A stretch of 64,000 nt of DNA, taken from positions 17,563 through 81,562 of the forward strand of contig JBIPSI010000025.1 in the NCBI GenBank assembly GCA_044070495.1, in the 5' to 3' direction. The notes below the pieces were generated by a model. That model made no database searches. It was not told the DNA's origin and saw only the letters and a program-made list of their open reading frames with translations. Shown here piece by piece: positions 30,207 through 44,096 of this stretch. A program made the translations under genes and the position numbers. Every line of letters starts with the position of its first letter. Within the stretch, counting starts at the first letter, position 1. Source of the DNA: Spirulina sp. (GTDB lineage Bacteria; Cyanobacteriota; Cyanobacteriia; Phormidesmidales; Phormidesmidaceae).

Positions 30207-31967
30207 GTGCTGTACTTAGCAGAAGTTCAGAAAAAGGCCGGATTCATTGGTAGCGGCAAACCCGAATTTAAGCTGCTAGCGTGCCAGCGCAACGAGTACA
30301 GTTGGAGCGCCGTGACCGGGGAGGAAACCCTTATCGCCCCCGACGATGCCTCCTACAACGCCGGAGCCTTGGTGATGGTAGAGGTGAGCGGCAGTCGCCA
30401 GGTACAGCGCCACTACGAAGCGGGGCGCACCCTCACCAACATTCTGCAAACCTTTTCCAACCTCAGCAAAAAATCGAAGACCCAGGAAGAGGAAATTGAG
30501 CAGTGGAAGCAGTCGCTCACCTTCCAAAGCCAGGAACTGAATCGGCGGGAAATGGAAATTGAGGCCCGCCAGGAACAGCTCGAACAGGCCGAGGCCGACC
30601 TAGAAAAAGTAGAGGCCCAGCGCCAGGAATTGGAGACCCTGCGCCAAAGCCTCGCCCAGCAGCAGGAGGAACTAGAGCGCAAAAATAAAGACTTAGAGGG
30701 AGCCTGGGCACAGCTCAATGGAGAGATGCGTCGCCTGGAGGAGCGGAAGGCGGAGGAAACCCCAGCGGCGGGGCTGGATCAGGCCCAGGTGGATCAGATT
30801 CAAGGGGTGCTCAACCGCCTGACGGAAGCGGTGATGCCCATGGAGGCCCTGCGGGAGCCTTTAGCCAACGCCAATGACGGCCTATCGTACCACCAGGGTC
30901 TTCTCAGCGACTATCGTCAGGCCCTAGAAGGCCAGCGCCAAGGCCTAGAGCGTCAGCAGCAGGAAATCGATCAGCAGCGCATTGAGCTGGCCCAGCGCTG
31001 GGCCGACTGGCACCAATCCCAGGCTGCTCTCGGCGCTCAGCGGGAGGATCTCAAGCTGCGTCAACAATCCCTGAAGCAGCAGCAGGAGGACATTGAGCGG
31101 TTTTCCAAAACCCTTCAGGCCCAGGGCAACCTGCACCAGCAACTCTACGATCTGCTGAACACCAGCGATAAGGTACGCCTCAGCAAAAAGGTGGATGTGG
31201 CGGCCCTAGAGGCGATGCCCCTAGATGGTTTGGCCACCCTGGTGGGCGACTTAGAAAAGGACATGGAAAAGGTGTCTCGGTTTGTCTCGGATCAAGAGGA
31301 AGAATTAACCCTAGAACGCCAAGCCATCGACGAAATTAAGGTACGCATGGAGCAGGCCAACGAGTTCGAACGCCTGCAAATTGAAACCGAACTCGAAGAA
31401 GAGCAGGATCGCTACCAAATGCTGAACGAAACCCTGGTGGGCCAGCGGCGCAACCTGCTAGAGCGGGAGGAAATTCTCAGCCAGCACCAGGCGGTGCTGC
31501 GGCGGCGGCAAGGGCTGGCGGTGGAGGAGGCCCCCGTTAATGCCGTGGACTTGGAACCCCTGCTGAACACCGTGGATGAGCAGCGCCAACAGACCGTTGA
31601 TACCCTCCAAGCCCTAGAAGCGGCGGCCAAGCAAACCCAAGAAGGCATCGGCCCCTTGAAGGAAGCCATTGCAGCCCAGGAGGCCGATCTCGCCAATCGC
31701 CGCAGTGAGATTGAAACCTTTGAGGCCGAACTGAATCTACGGCAGCAGGAATTGGCGGCCCTGACGGGCAAGCTAGCGGTGTGCGAAGAGCTGCTGAACC
31801 CCGCCCAGGACAGCAGCAACGGGCTGCGCCAATCCCTTGAATCGATGGCCGCAGGGGTGACGAAGGTACAAGAATTCAACGACTATCAACTCCAGGCCAT
31901 TGCCGAGCTGCGCCAGACCGTGATGAATGCAGTGGACGCAGCGACGCATCAAATGGCGGCTTCCTAG
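30207..31967 (+). CDS. hmpF: Coiled-coil pilus motility protein HmpF
   Basis: 'MLYLAEVQKK..FKLLACQR', 'EEEIEQWKQSLTFQSQELNRREME'; divergent from hmpA as in filamentous cyanobacteria. Confidence 0.9.
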   Translation: MLYLAEVQKKAGFIGSGKPEFKLLACQRNEYSWSAVTGEETLIAPDDASYNAGALVMVEVSGSRQVQRHYEAGRTLTNILQTFSNLSKKSKTQEEEIEQWKQSLTFQSQELNRREMEIEARQEQLEQAEADLEKVEAQRQELETLRQSLAQQQEELERKNKDLEGAWAQLNGEMRRLEERKAEETPAAGLDQAQVDQIQGVLNRLTEAVMPMEALREPLANANDGLSYHQGLLSDYRQALEGQRQGLERQQQEIDQQRIELAQRWADWHQSQAALGAQREDLKLRQQSLKQQQEDIERFSKTLQAQGNLHQQLYDLLNTSDKVRLSKKVDVAALEAMPLDGLATLVGDLEKDMEKVSRFVSDQEEELTLERQAIDEIKVRMEQANEFERLQIETELEEEQDRYQMLNETLVGQRRNLLEREEILSQHQAVLRRRQGLAVEEAPVNAVDLEPLLNTVDEQRQQTVDTLQALEAAAKQTQEGIGPLKEAIAAQEADLANRRSEIETFEAELNLRQQELAALTGKLAVCEELLNPAQDSSNGLRQSLESMAAGVTKVQEFNDYQLQAIAELRQTVMNAVDAATHQMAAS

Positions 31968-32056
31968 CCGTTGACTGCCCTATCGGGGGTTTGGGGCTGT
32001 GCCCGTGGTACCGTTAAACCGCTGTCCTACGCTTTTTTGAAGGGGTTTTCCTGCCC

Positions 32057-34533
<2,477 letters not shown>

Positions 34534-34560
34534 GCTTTTTCTCAAGGACATTCTCTGGGT

Positions 34561-34640
34561 GGTGCATTGCTTCGTGTTGGCGTCAGCCTCGCCCCGGCGT
34601 TATGCACCCTACGGCCCATCCCCCCATCCCCCCATCCTCC
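34561..34640. repeat. Cyanobacterial short dispersed palindromic repeat (ggtgcat...atgcaccctac) followed by cccatcc-type STRR units
   Basis: Arms ggtgcat (34561-67) and atgcacc (34602-08) plus ctac, then cccatcc-like units. Confidence 0.55.
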
Positions 34641-34642
34641 CT

Positions 34643-35446
34643 ATGAACCCATCACTCTGGCAATGGGCCGATTTCAATGGCCATCCCTTCCTCACCTGCG
34701 ACCTGCTGAGCCCTTGGCACCACGGCTTTTTTACCCGCAGTTTTTGGCCCCAGGTACCGGAGGATTTAACCCCGGTGCTCCATCCTGAGGCGGCGGTGCA
34801 GCGGGTGAAGCAAGTCCACGGTAATCGGGTATTGACCCCGACGGATATGGCCCAAATCGCACCCGAATCAGGCCATCCCGAAGCCGATGCCCTCATGAGT
34901 GACGGCCCCAACCAGGCGCTTTGGGTCTGCTCGGCAGACTGTAACCCCGTGCTGATTGGCGATTGTGCCACGGGCCACACGGCGGCAATCCATGCCGGAT
35001 GGCGCGGCACAGCCCTGAAGATTGTGCCCCAGGCGGTGGCGAAAATGCAGGCCCAGGGTAGTCGGCTAGAGGATCTACGGGTCGCGATTGGTCCCGCCAT
35101 TGATGGGGAAGTGTACCAGGTCGCCACGTCCGTTGCTGCCGAGGTGGGCCGCACCATTATTCCGGCAGATGCAGTCCCGGTTGATCCTGACTCCGATGAA
35201 GCCCTGGTAGACACCCTGCAATCCCTAGAAAATTCCCCCCTTCTACCCGATGAGGAACCCGGTAAGGCGCGGCTGGATGTGCGTCAGGTGAATGTCTGGC
35301 AGTTGACCCAACTGGGCCTCAGTGGAGCACAAATTGCCGTCGCCCCCCACTGCACATTTCAGGAACCGGAACGATTTTTTTCCTACCGCCGCACAGGGGA
35401 AAAGCAGGTGCAATGGTCGGGCATTGTCAGCCAAGGGATGGCCTAA
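34643..35446 (+). CDS. pgeF: Peptidoglycan editing factor PgeF / YfiH-family purine nucleoside phosphorylase
   Basis: 'HGFFTR', 'KQVHGN', 'ADCNPVL', 'IHAGWRG', 'IGPAI', 'CT..FFSYRR'; start ATG 34643. Confidence 0.93.
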   Translation: MNPSLWQWADFNGHPFLTCDLLSPWHHGFFTRSFWPQVPEDLTPVLHPEAAVQRVKQVHGNRVLTPTDMAQIAPESGHPEADALMSDGPNQALWVCSADCNPVLIGDCATGHTAAIHAGWRGTALKIVPQAVAKMQAQGSRLEDLRVAIGPAIDGEVYQVATSVAAEVGRTIIPADAVPVDPDSDEALVDTLQSLENSPLLPDEEPGKARLDVRQVNVWQLTQLGLSGAQIAVAPHCTFQEPERFFSYRRTGEKQVQWSGIVSQGMA

Positions 35447-36078
35447 GCCTTCTGCGCACGGTGGTTAGGCCGACTTGGTTAGGACGCTTTACGCCAACTC
35501 CATCAGCGACTTCAACTGGGCAAGCTCCCGATCAACCAGGGCGGCTTGCTCCTCAAAAAAAACTCCTGGGCAACCGAAGGGATCTGAAAGAACATCATCA
35601 TAAACACACCACCCCGGACGTTGAACGGATTGACAAGCGGGGGTACCAGTCCACGAATTTGGGATTAGCCGGTGGACGGTACGTGATTTTACGCAAGGAT
35701 CGAAACAATTTTGTTAAGCTTTGAGTCAAATAGTCTGTCCTAGGGCGATCCCTAGGGGCAAAATCCCCAAACCTTGGGAGTCATCACGCTTTATGTTGAT
35801 TGCCGTTGTTTAAGGATTACGTAAATCCTCGGAAAACGGTACGGCTAGTCCTATTCATTAGGAGTTAGCCTGTGTAGAGCCTTATGTCAACCTTGGCGAG
35901 ACCCCTCTGGCCAACGCTGATAGATTTGCGCTTTGACGTTTGGGCGAGTTGTGGGCGGCCATAGGTGACTAAACCCCTGCAACGGATCCGCCGTAAGGAA
36001 TCTACCCAAGATCCTGGGGCATCCATGACCGCAACGACCGTCGCCATCGATTTCATGGCTAGTGAGAAGGCTAACACG

Positions 36079-36948
36079 ATGAACCTAGGGTGGGGAGCAA
36101 AACTTATCGGCTTAGTCACTGCGCTTAGTGCGGGGCTTTGGCCTGGGCTAGCGTCGGCCAGTGCTGAGAGTCACTGGATTGACCTCCGTGACGGCAACTC
36201 AATCTATCGCACCAATCCCTTCACGTTTTTGGAAAACCAGGCCTCCTGGTGGGTGGATGGGGTCAATCATCAGTTTACGGATCAGTACTTTTTAAATTTG
36301 GGAAATAGCCCCACCCAGGCCTCCCTAGAGTTAGGCGATCTCAGGCTGCTGTCCCTCACCCAGCCCAGCCAAAATCGTTTCTTGGCCCAATTTTCGGCCT
36401 TGAATGGTGGATTAAGCCTCTCCCTAGAATCGTCCCTGCAAGGATTTAGCAATGGCAGCCGCCGATCCTTTCGAGACGAAACCATCACCCTTGTCAACAC
36501 AGGAAATGCGGATCTAGACATCACCCTATTTAGCTACATCGATTTTGACCTGCTGGACTTCGATATCCCCCAAGTCAACACCTTTAGCAACGACACCACC
36601 GCCTTCCAGCACAATCTGCTGACCCAAACCGACCCCTCCGGCACCATGGCCCTCGTGGCGATGAACGAAACCCCTAACCTCGTTCAAATTGTTGAATATC
36701 CCTTTCTCATCACCCAACTAAAGAGTGGGCGTCGGCCCCAGTTGGCGAATACCCCAGGCCCCCTCGTCAATAGCGATGGCTCCGCAGTGCTCCAGTTTGA
36801 TCGCCGCGTGGCCGCTGGAGAAGCGGTAACCTTTCGGTTTTTGAAAAAAATTGAGCAAATCCCTCCCTCGACGTCAGTGCCCGAACCTACGCTGCTGCTG
36901 TCCCTGGGGGTCGTGGCCGGGGGGCTGATGCTGCTACGACGGGGCTAG
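36079..36948 (+). CDS. PEP-CTERM exosortase-sorted surface protein
   Basis: Signal peptide from ATG 36079 ('MNLGWGAKLIGLVTALSAGLWPGLASASA'); C-terminal 'VPEPTLLLSLGVVAGGLMLLRRG'. Confidence 0.88.
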   Translation: MNLGWGAKLIGLVTALSAGLWPGLASASAESHWIDLRDGNSIYRTNPFTFLENQASWWVDGVNHQFTDQYFLNLGNSPTQASLELGDLRLLSLTQPSQNRFLAQFSALNGGLSLSLESSLQGFSNGSRRSFRDETITLVNTGNADLDITLFSYIDFDLLDFDIPQVNTFSNDTTAFQHNLLTQTDPSGTMALVAMNETPNLVQIVEYPFLITQLKSGRRPQLANTPGPLVNSDGSAVLQFDRRVAAGEAVTFRFLKKIEQIPPSTSVPEPTLLLSLGVVAGGLMLLRRG

Positions 36949-38273
36949 GGCATGGGGCTGAGGCGATTCACCTGCGCGGCAAAGTAATCTTGGCGGTGGC
37001 TGATTTGTTTGGCCAGCGCTAGCCCCTCCTGGTAGGCCTGCATGGCTCCATCCAGATTGCCGCTTTGTTCGTAGAGTTGGCCGATCTGGTCGAAGGTTTC
37101 CATCAAGCCATAGGCATCGAGGGCCTGCCGTTCCACGGCGAGCAGTTGTTGGTAGAGGTAGTCTACATCGGGCCATTGCTCTAGCTGGCGGTAGAGGCTG
37201 GCGAGGGCATTCAGGGTTTGGGCGGCAATTTCCAACTGGCGGCTACCGATGGCGTTGGTGTAGGCGAGTTGGTATTGGCGCGAGGCCGTTTCTACATCCC
37301 CAAGCCGCTGATGGTTTTGGGCCATGGCGTACTGAAGCGCCGCCATTCGGGGCCAGAGGGCTTCGTTGGATCGGTAGCGGAGCAGCAATTGTTGCTGGGC
37401 CTCTAGGGCGGCCTCAAACTGCTGGGCAAACTCTAGGTTTTCAATCTGTCTCACCCAAAAGCCGAGTTCATCATTACCCTCTCCCTGGGCTAGGGCCACC
37501 AGTTCGCCATAGGTGGCGGCGGCCTCTGGGAAATAAAACCAGTCGGCATAGAGCGTCGCCAGGGCCTCTAGCTGTGCCCGATGTTCATCGCGGTCGCCTC
37601 GGTCTAGGGCTGCGTCGGCCAGGGTGCGGCGCAGGGTGGCGGCAGTTTCCACGTTGCCGAGGGTGGTGTAGGTGTTGGCCATGGCCGCCAGTTGCGCCCG
37701 ATCCCCAGGCTGGGCGGGGTCTAGGGTGGGAAGAATTTGATCCAACCGGGCCGAAAGGAGCTGCAATTCTTGGGTGGCACTGGTGTCTCGCAACCATTGG
37801 GCCACCCGGTCGATGGCCCCCAGTTCTGCCTCAATGCCCAACACCCGCCGCAGTCGCACCTCCCGCATCCATAGTTCCTTCGCGGCCTCCGGTTCATCGG
37901 CCTCCGCTAGGGACTCCGCCTCACGGGCCAACTGGTTGAGATCCTGCTCTAGCGTGTATTGCTCTAGGGGGCTGAGGGGCCGATCTACCAAGGGCGTTGG
38001 CAGCAGCGGATCACGGGGATCATCCGCCAGGGGATCCGCCAAAAAGGGATCCCTAACTCCAGGCCGCAACACCTGGGCCTGGGCAGAAGTCCCCAATCCC
38101 GCTGGGTTAGGACTGATCACGCCCACGAATCCGCCTAATCCCAGGGCCACCACCCACAGCCCCATCCGGCCAAAGGCTGGTTTGGATAGCTGGGTCTTGG
38201 CCCAACGGGAACGCTGGCACACCAATCGATGGAGAACGTATCGATGGAGAACGTAGGACACAACAGAAACCAT
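36945..38273 (-). CDS. Exported or membrane-anchored TPR-repeat protein
   Basis: Hydrophobic N-terminal segment; helical repeats such as 'FDQIGQLYEQSGNLDGAMQAYQEGLALA'; start uncertain. Confidence 0.8.
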   Translation of the reverse strand: MVSVVSYVLHRYVLHRLVCQRSRWAKTQLSKPAFGRMGLWVVALGLGGFVGVISPNPAGLGTSAQAQVLRPGVRDPFLADPLADDPRDPLLPTPLVDRPLSPLEQYTLEQDLNQLAREAESLAEADEPEAAKELWMREVRLRRVLGIEAELGAIDRVAQWLRDTSATQELQLLSARLDQILPTLDPAQPGDRAQLAAMANTYTTLGNVETAATLRRTLADAALDRGDRDEHRAQLEALATLYADWFYFPEAAATYGELVALAQGEGNDELGFWVRQIENLEFAQQFEAALEAQQQLLLRYRSNEALWPRMAALQYAMAQNHQRLGDVETASRQYQLAYTNAIGSRQLEIAAQTLNALASLYRQLEQWPDVDYLYQQLLAVERQALDAYGLMETFDQIGQLYEQSGNLDGAMQAYQEGLALAKQISHRQDYFAAQVNRLSPMP

Positions 38274-38541
38274 AATCAGCCCTCTAATCCTAGTACGCCG
38301 CAGGGGTAGGCAATGAGGAACGAGCCGAGGACTAGAAGTCCTTGGCTCAAGGCCAAAATCCTCTGAAGCAAAGGAGGATTGGGATCCGAGTTGTCCAGTC
38401 TGCTTCAGCAGACTTTCGCGATCAGCCAGGGAGTGGTTGTGGTCGGGGAGCCAAGGGCTGAACGGCCAATATCCACCGCCGCAATCCTCTGAAACGAATC
38501 AGAACACAGGACAAAGGCTATCGTGAATGTCCTGGCTGAGG

Positions 38542-40440
38542 CTATCGGCCCCCGCCCTGGAGGTAGTCGAGGATGCCCTGGGCGATGGCTTGGCCCATCT
38601 GGGCTTGCCACTGGGGGTCGCGCAGCTTGGGCGCATCTAAGGCTCCGGTGACAAAGCCAATTTCAATCAGCGCCGAGGGCATGGTGGTGCGACGCAACAC
38701 AAAAAATCGGGCCTGCTTCACCCCCCGGTCGTTCATGGCCATAGTGCCCATCACCCGCCGATGGATGGCGTTGGCTAGGGGCAGGCTGGCATCCGCGAAA
38801 TAGTAAGTCTCTAGGCCATTGACCTCCGGTCGCTGCATGTTGATTGCATTGGCATGGATGCTGACAAAAATGGTGGCGTTGGCCGCCTCCGCTCGGTCTA
38901 CCCTGGGCTGGAGGTCGAGGGTTTCGTCGCCCTGGCGAGTCATCTGTACCGAAATGCCCTGGCTGCGAAGAACGTTGGCCGCATGGTGAGACACCGCAAT
39001 CACCACGCCCTTTTCCTGCAAACCGCCAATGCCGATGGCCCCTGGATCGGCCCCGCCATGGCCCGGATCGAGCATCACCACCACCTGCCCCCGCTGGGGT
39101 AAAGGGGTCGTGGCCTGGGCCACCGACTGAGGAGCCACCCCTGGGTAGGTAGATTGGGGGTAATTTTGGGCGGCAGGAGCAGCGTGAACCACCGGCAGCA
39201 CCACCGTGGTTGGAGCCGTGGCAATTTGTTGGGCCGCCACGCCGATGGGGGTCATCACCAGCCCCCCCGCCACCAGGTTCACCTGCCAATCGGGGCTAAC
39301 GTTGTCCAAATTTAGGGTGATGCGCACCGCCGGGGGCAGGGTAGGAAATTGCGTCACCGTCCAGCGGGCAATGCCGTAGCGGGAGGGGGGCAGGGTATCG
39401 GGGGTCATCTGCGGCGGAATGGCGGCATTCAGCACATCGATCACAATTTGCCGCATCTGGCTGGCATCGCGGGTGCGGTAGATCTGCACCTGGGGCGTGG
39501 CCCCCGCCAAGGGCATAAAAAAACCGTGGGGCGTGGTCTGAATGGCCTGGATCACCGTGGCCGTGGGGCTAACGGGGGTATAGCTCACCTGGTTGCGGCT
39601 GAGCAAGGGCGGCAAAGGATTGGGGCTGGAACGGGGGGTCAAATGAATGGTAGGCGGTGGGGCGGCGGGCAGTTGGTCACTGGAGGGCGGAGCCGAGGGG
39701 TAGGGAAACGGACGAATCGCCGCTAAAGCGGATCGAGGGGGAGCGGACAGGGATGGGGGGACAGTCGCGGAACTTCGACCCTGGGTTCCGCCCGTCTGAG
39801 GCAAGGGAGGACGCACAGGCAGAGGATTTGTCGGCCATGCCCTAGCGGCTGGGGAATTCATGGAATAGGAAGAGGAAGGTTCCCCGTTGGCCTTGGTGAA
39901 TTCCGCCGCGAATTCCGTCGTCAAGTCCGTGGTCGTGGGATGCGCCGCTGTGGGATGTCCCACCGCAGGATAGGCGGCTGTGGGATCGGTAACGGTAGAA
40001 TTTGTGGCGGTGGCATACCCTGGCTCTGGGCTAGGGTCAGGCGTCAAGCTGGGCAACTGCACCACCCACTGGGATTCCGTCAGCCCCCATACCCGCACCT
40101 GCTGGGGGTCGATGGTGTAGTTGGGGTCAAGCTCTAGCACCATGCGGGTAGAGCGGGCATCGGTCTGCATCACCTTCACCGCCCGCACCGCGCCGCCAAT
40201 GAACTGATCGGCCACCGCCTCATCGGTAATAATGCCGGGCAGGTCAATAATGAGTCGATTGGGATTTTGACCTAGGCTCACCTGGGGCTGCACACCGCCC
40301 TCCGTGGTGAACATAAACCGATTTTGGCCCGTGTCGAACTGCCAGGTTTGCAGGCGAGGGCTGGCCTTGGCGGGCATTCCCCCAAAGAGGCAGGCCCCCA
40401 TCACCCCCACAACCCCCGTAAATACCTGTTGAATGCGCAA
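38542..40440 (-). CDS. amiC: N-acetylmuramoyl-L-alanine amidase (AMIN domains, Pro-rich linker, Amidase_3)
   Basis: Signal peptide; AMIN 'NPNRLIIDLPG' and 'QIVIDVLNA'; catalytic 'MLDPGHGGADPGAIG..EK', 'FVSIHANA', 'LIEIGF'. Confidence 0.9.
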   Translation of the reverse strand: MRIQQVFTGVVGVMGACLFGGMPAKASPRLQTWQFDTGQNRFMFTTEGGVQPQVSLGQNPNRLIIDLPGIITDEAVADQFIGGAVRAVKVMQTDARSTRMVLELDPNYTIDPQQVRVWGLTESQWVVQLPSLTPDPSPEPGYATATNSTVTDPTAAYPAVGHPTAAHPTTTDLTTEFAAEFTKANGEPSSSYSMNSPAARAWPTNPLPVRPPLPQTGGTQGRSSATVPPSLSAPPRSALAAIRPFPYPSAPPSSDQLPAAPPPTIHLTPRSSPNPLPPLLSRNQVSYTPVSPTATVIQAIQTTPHGFFMPLAGATPQVQIYRTRDASQMRQIVIDVLNAAIPPQMTPDTLPPSRYGIARWTVTQFPTLPPAVRITLNLDNVSPDWQVNLVAGGLVMTPIGVAAQQIATAPTTVVLPVVHAAPAAQNYPQSTYPGVAPQSVAQATTPLPQRGQVVVMLDPGHGGADPGAIGIGGLQEKGVVIAVSHHAANVLRSQGISVQMTRQGDETLDLQPRVDRAEAANATIFVSIHANAINMQRPEVNGLETYYFADASLPLANAIHRRVMGTMAMNDRGVKQARFFVLRRTTMPSALIEIGFVTGALDAPKLRDPQWQAQMGQAIAQGILDYLQGGGR

Positions 40441-40708
40441 GCGACCTGGCCTCCCACACGCACGAAAACCTGTTCGACAGTGCCATAAACCCCACGTCCA
40501 CCCTAATGTTGCTCCCAGATTTGAACCACGGGAACATTAGGGCGGTCGCGTCGCTCGGCACCAACCGCAGCCATCACTCAAATCGGCTTAGATATTAGCT
40601 CAGTTTGCAAAATCCGCGACAGTTGCTGCCTACCATCAGCCAATTTCGCCTAAACGCAGGTGGGACAGCCCACCGTCCCATCCTACGGGGTCTTACCTTG
40701 CCACGCTT

Positions 40709-40737
40709 TATTGAATTATTGAAATTGAATTATTGAA
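40709..40737. repeat. AT-rich short tandem repeat (attgaa units) downstream of hetR
   Basis: tattgaattattgaaattgaattattgaa. Confidence 0.6.
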
Positions 40738-40765
40738 GCGTATACACAAGTCCTATTTCACGGAA

Positions 40766-41770
<1,005 letters not shown>

Positions 41771-41934
41771 TTAGGGAGAGGCCCCCCTTGGGGTGGAAGC
41801 CCCCGACGCTATGACCTAGTTCCACGAAGAAGTGGAATCTATCGCTCCCGATGGTCGAATAGTTGGTGAAACAAAGGCCACCTTCAGGCAGTTTAGCCTG
41901 TTCTTGACCTGAGAAGGATGAAATTCAGCCGAGA

Positions 41935-42264
41935 CTAGGCCCGAGCGGGGTCAAGGGGCTGAATGCGCCCACTGCCGCGATAGGCCACGTCTGCAGTCCG
42001 AGATGGGGGATTTGGGCGTTCTCCCCGGTCGGAATCGACTCGTCCACTGCCGCGAAAGCTAACCCACGGGGCAGAGGAACGATGCCGCAGACGACCGCTG
42101 CCACGATCATCTTCCTGGGCTGAGAGAAGGGACTGAAAGTGATCCGACTGGGGGCTGTGGTTTCCAGCTAGGGCGGAGAAATCGGCGCAAAGGGCTGAAC
42201 CTAGGGTGAGCCCCGCAACACCGACCAAGCAAAGCTGAACGGAAAAGGCGGAGAAAGATTGCAT
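41935..42264 (-). CDS. patX: PatX-like secreted HetR-inhibitor precursor with three RGSGR pentapeptides
   Basis: 109 aa; hydrophobic signal-like N-terminus; RGSGR at aa 54-58, 71-75 and 96-100; same strand, directly upstream of hetR. Confidence 0.82.
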   Translation of the reverse strand: MQSFSAFSVQLCLVGVAGLTLGSALCADFSALAGNHSPQSDHFQSLLSAQEDDRGSGRLRHRSSAPWVSFRGSGRVDSDRGERPNPPSRTADVAYRGSGRIQPLDPARA

Positions 42265-42294
42265 AGTGGTTGACTTCTTAGCGCTTCTAGTCCT

Positions 42295-42323
42295 AGTTAC
42301 AGCCTTGGCCCACCCGGTCAGGA
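42295..42323 (-). promoter_or_regulatory. Candidate DIF1-like promoter of patX
   Basis: Minus strand TCCTGA-N17-GTAACT, one mismatch from DIF1 TCCGGA, ending ~30 nt before the ATG. Confidence 0.35.
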
Positions 42324-42712
42324 AAACTCTGGATCGGTAAATATGCTTAACTTCGCCACGGTGGGCTACGGACGAATACTAAATCAACCTGGCTTGCCCT
42401 CGCGATCGGCTTGCCCTCGCGATCAATGGGCGAGGAGACCTCACCCCTACAGTTAGTCGGGTTGGGAATCAGGATTTTCCAATTCGGATTGGGTATAGGG
42501 CTAGTCCGTTGTCCGTGGTCAACCCGTCGTCTGTGGGTGAAATGCAGCACGGTCACCGATTGGGGCCATCCATCCTAGGCTAGGTGGCCATGGTGTTCTC
42601 TGACACCGACTAATCGACCACTTCAATGGTGGAAATGTCATGAAAAAAGCCGTTAGAAATAGCCAGAACGATCTACCCTAGGTGGAATGTTGGTTTATCT
42701 ACTGCTGTGGCC

Positions 42713-43885
42713 ATGCCTTCGCTTGCCCTTGCCAGCCGCGTAATGCGCGTCACCCCTTCCATGACTCTCGCCATCGCGGCCAAGGCAAAGGCGATGAAAG
42801 CCGAAGGTCTGCCGGTGTGCAGCTTTAGCGCTGGGGAACCCGATTTTGACACCCCCGACCATATCAAGGCGGCGGCGAAGGCGGCCCTCGATCAAGGCAA
42901 AACCCGCTACGGCCCTGCCGCCGGAGAACCCGCCCTGCGCCAGGCCATTGCTAACAAGCTGCAACGGGATAACACCCTCTGCTACGGCCCCGAAAATATC
43001 ATTGTCACCAACGGCGGCAAGCATTCCCTCTACGGCCTGATCATGGCCCTAATTGAGGAGGGCGACGAGGTGATTATCCCGGCCCCCTACTGGGTCAGCT
43101 ATCCCGAAATGGTGCAGCTAGCGGGCGGCACCCCGGTGATTGTGCCCACCACCGCCGAGCAAAACTACCGCATTACCCCCGACCAACTGCGGCAGGCCAT
43201 TACCCCCAAAACCAAGCTGTTTGTCCTCAACTCCCCCTCCAATCCCACGGGGATGGTGTATTCTCCTGCCGAGATTGCGGCCCTAGCTGACGTGGTGGTA
43301 GAAGCCGATATTTGGGTGGTTTCCGACGAAATCTACGAAAAAATTCTCTACGATGGGGCCACCCACCTCAGTATTGGGGCGGTGTCAACCGCGGCCTTTG
43401 AGCGCACCATTATCAGCAACGGCTTTGCCAAGGGCTATTCCATGACCGGCTGGCGACTGGGCTACTTGGCGGGGCCAGAACCCATCATCAAAGCCGTCAG
43501 CACCATCCAAAGCCACAGCACCTCCAACGTCTGCACCTTTGCCCAGTATGGGGCCATCGCCGCCCTAGAAGGCCCCCAAGACTGCATCGAGATCATGGGT
43601 AAAGCCTTTGCCGAGCGCCGCAAGGTGATTATCGAACGCTGCCGCCAAATTCCAGGGCTAAGCTGTGGTGAACCAGAAGGAGCCTTCTATCTCTATATTG
43701 ATATCCAATCCCTAGGAATTCCCTCCCTAGAGTTCTGTACCCGCCTCATCGAAGAAAAATACGTCGCCGCCATCCCCGGCGTTGCCTTTGGGGCCGAAGG
43801 CACCATCCGCCTCTCCTACGCCACCGACATGGACACCATCCTAGAGGGCATGGATCGCCTCGCCCAATTCGTGGGTGGGTTATGA
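42713..43885 (+). CDS. aspC: Aspartate aminotransferase (class I/II PLP)
   Basis: 'AGEPDFDTP', 'NSPSNPTG', 'SDEIYEK', PLP-Lys '[15 protein letters not shown]', 'IRLSYA'. Confidence 0.92.
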   Translation: MPSLALASRVMRVTPSMTLAIAAKAKAMKAEGLPVCSFSAGEPDFDTPDHIKAAAKAALDQGKTRYGPAAGEPALRQAIANKLQRDNTLCYGPENIIVTNGGKHSLYGLIMALIEEGDEVIIPAPYWVSYPEMVQLAGGTPVIVPTTAEQNYRITPDQLRQAITPKTKLFVLNSPSNPTGMVYSPAEIAALADVVVEADIWVVSDEIYEKILYDGATHLSIGAVSTAAFERTIISNGFAKGYSMTGWRLGYLAGPEPIIKAVSTIQSHSTSNVCTFAQYGAIAALEGPQDCIEIMGKAFAERRKVIIERCRQIPGLSCGEPEGAFYLYIDIQSLGIPSLEFCTRLIEEKYVAAIPGVAFGAEGTIRLSYATDMDTILEGMDRLAQFVGGL

Positions 43886-44096
43886 AGGCTAGTTCTCGTC
43901 GGGGTAGTGCATTAATCTACGGGTCAGAGAAAAATCAGCCAGAAACAGCAATCTACTGCCGTAAGGTCTTTAGGGTCGCCTGATTATTCTCTAGCCTGTA
44001 CGAAATAGGACTACCCTCGTCGGTTGGGTTGAGTTAATACCGGACTTGTACCGTAAGGCATCTTATTGAGTGTCTATTAGCTGATATCTAAAGGGA

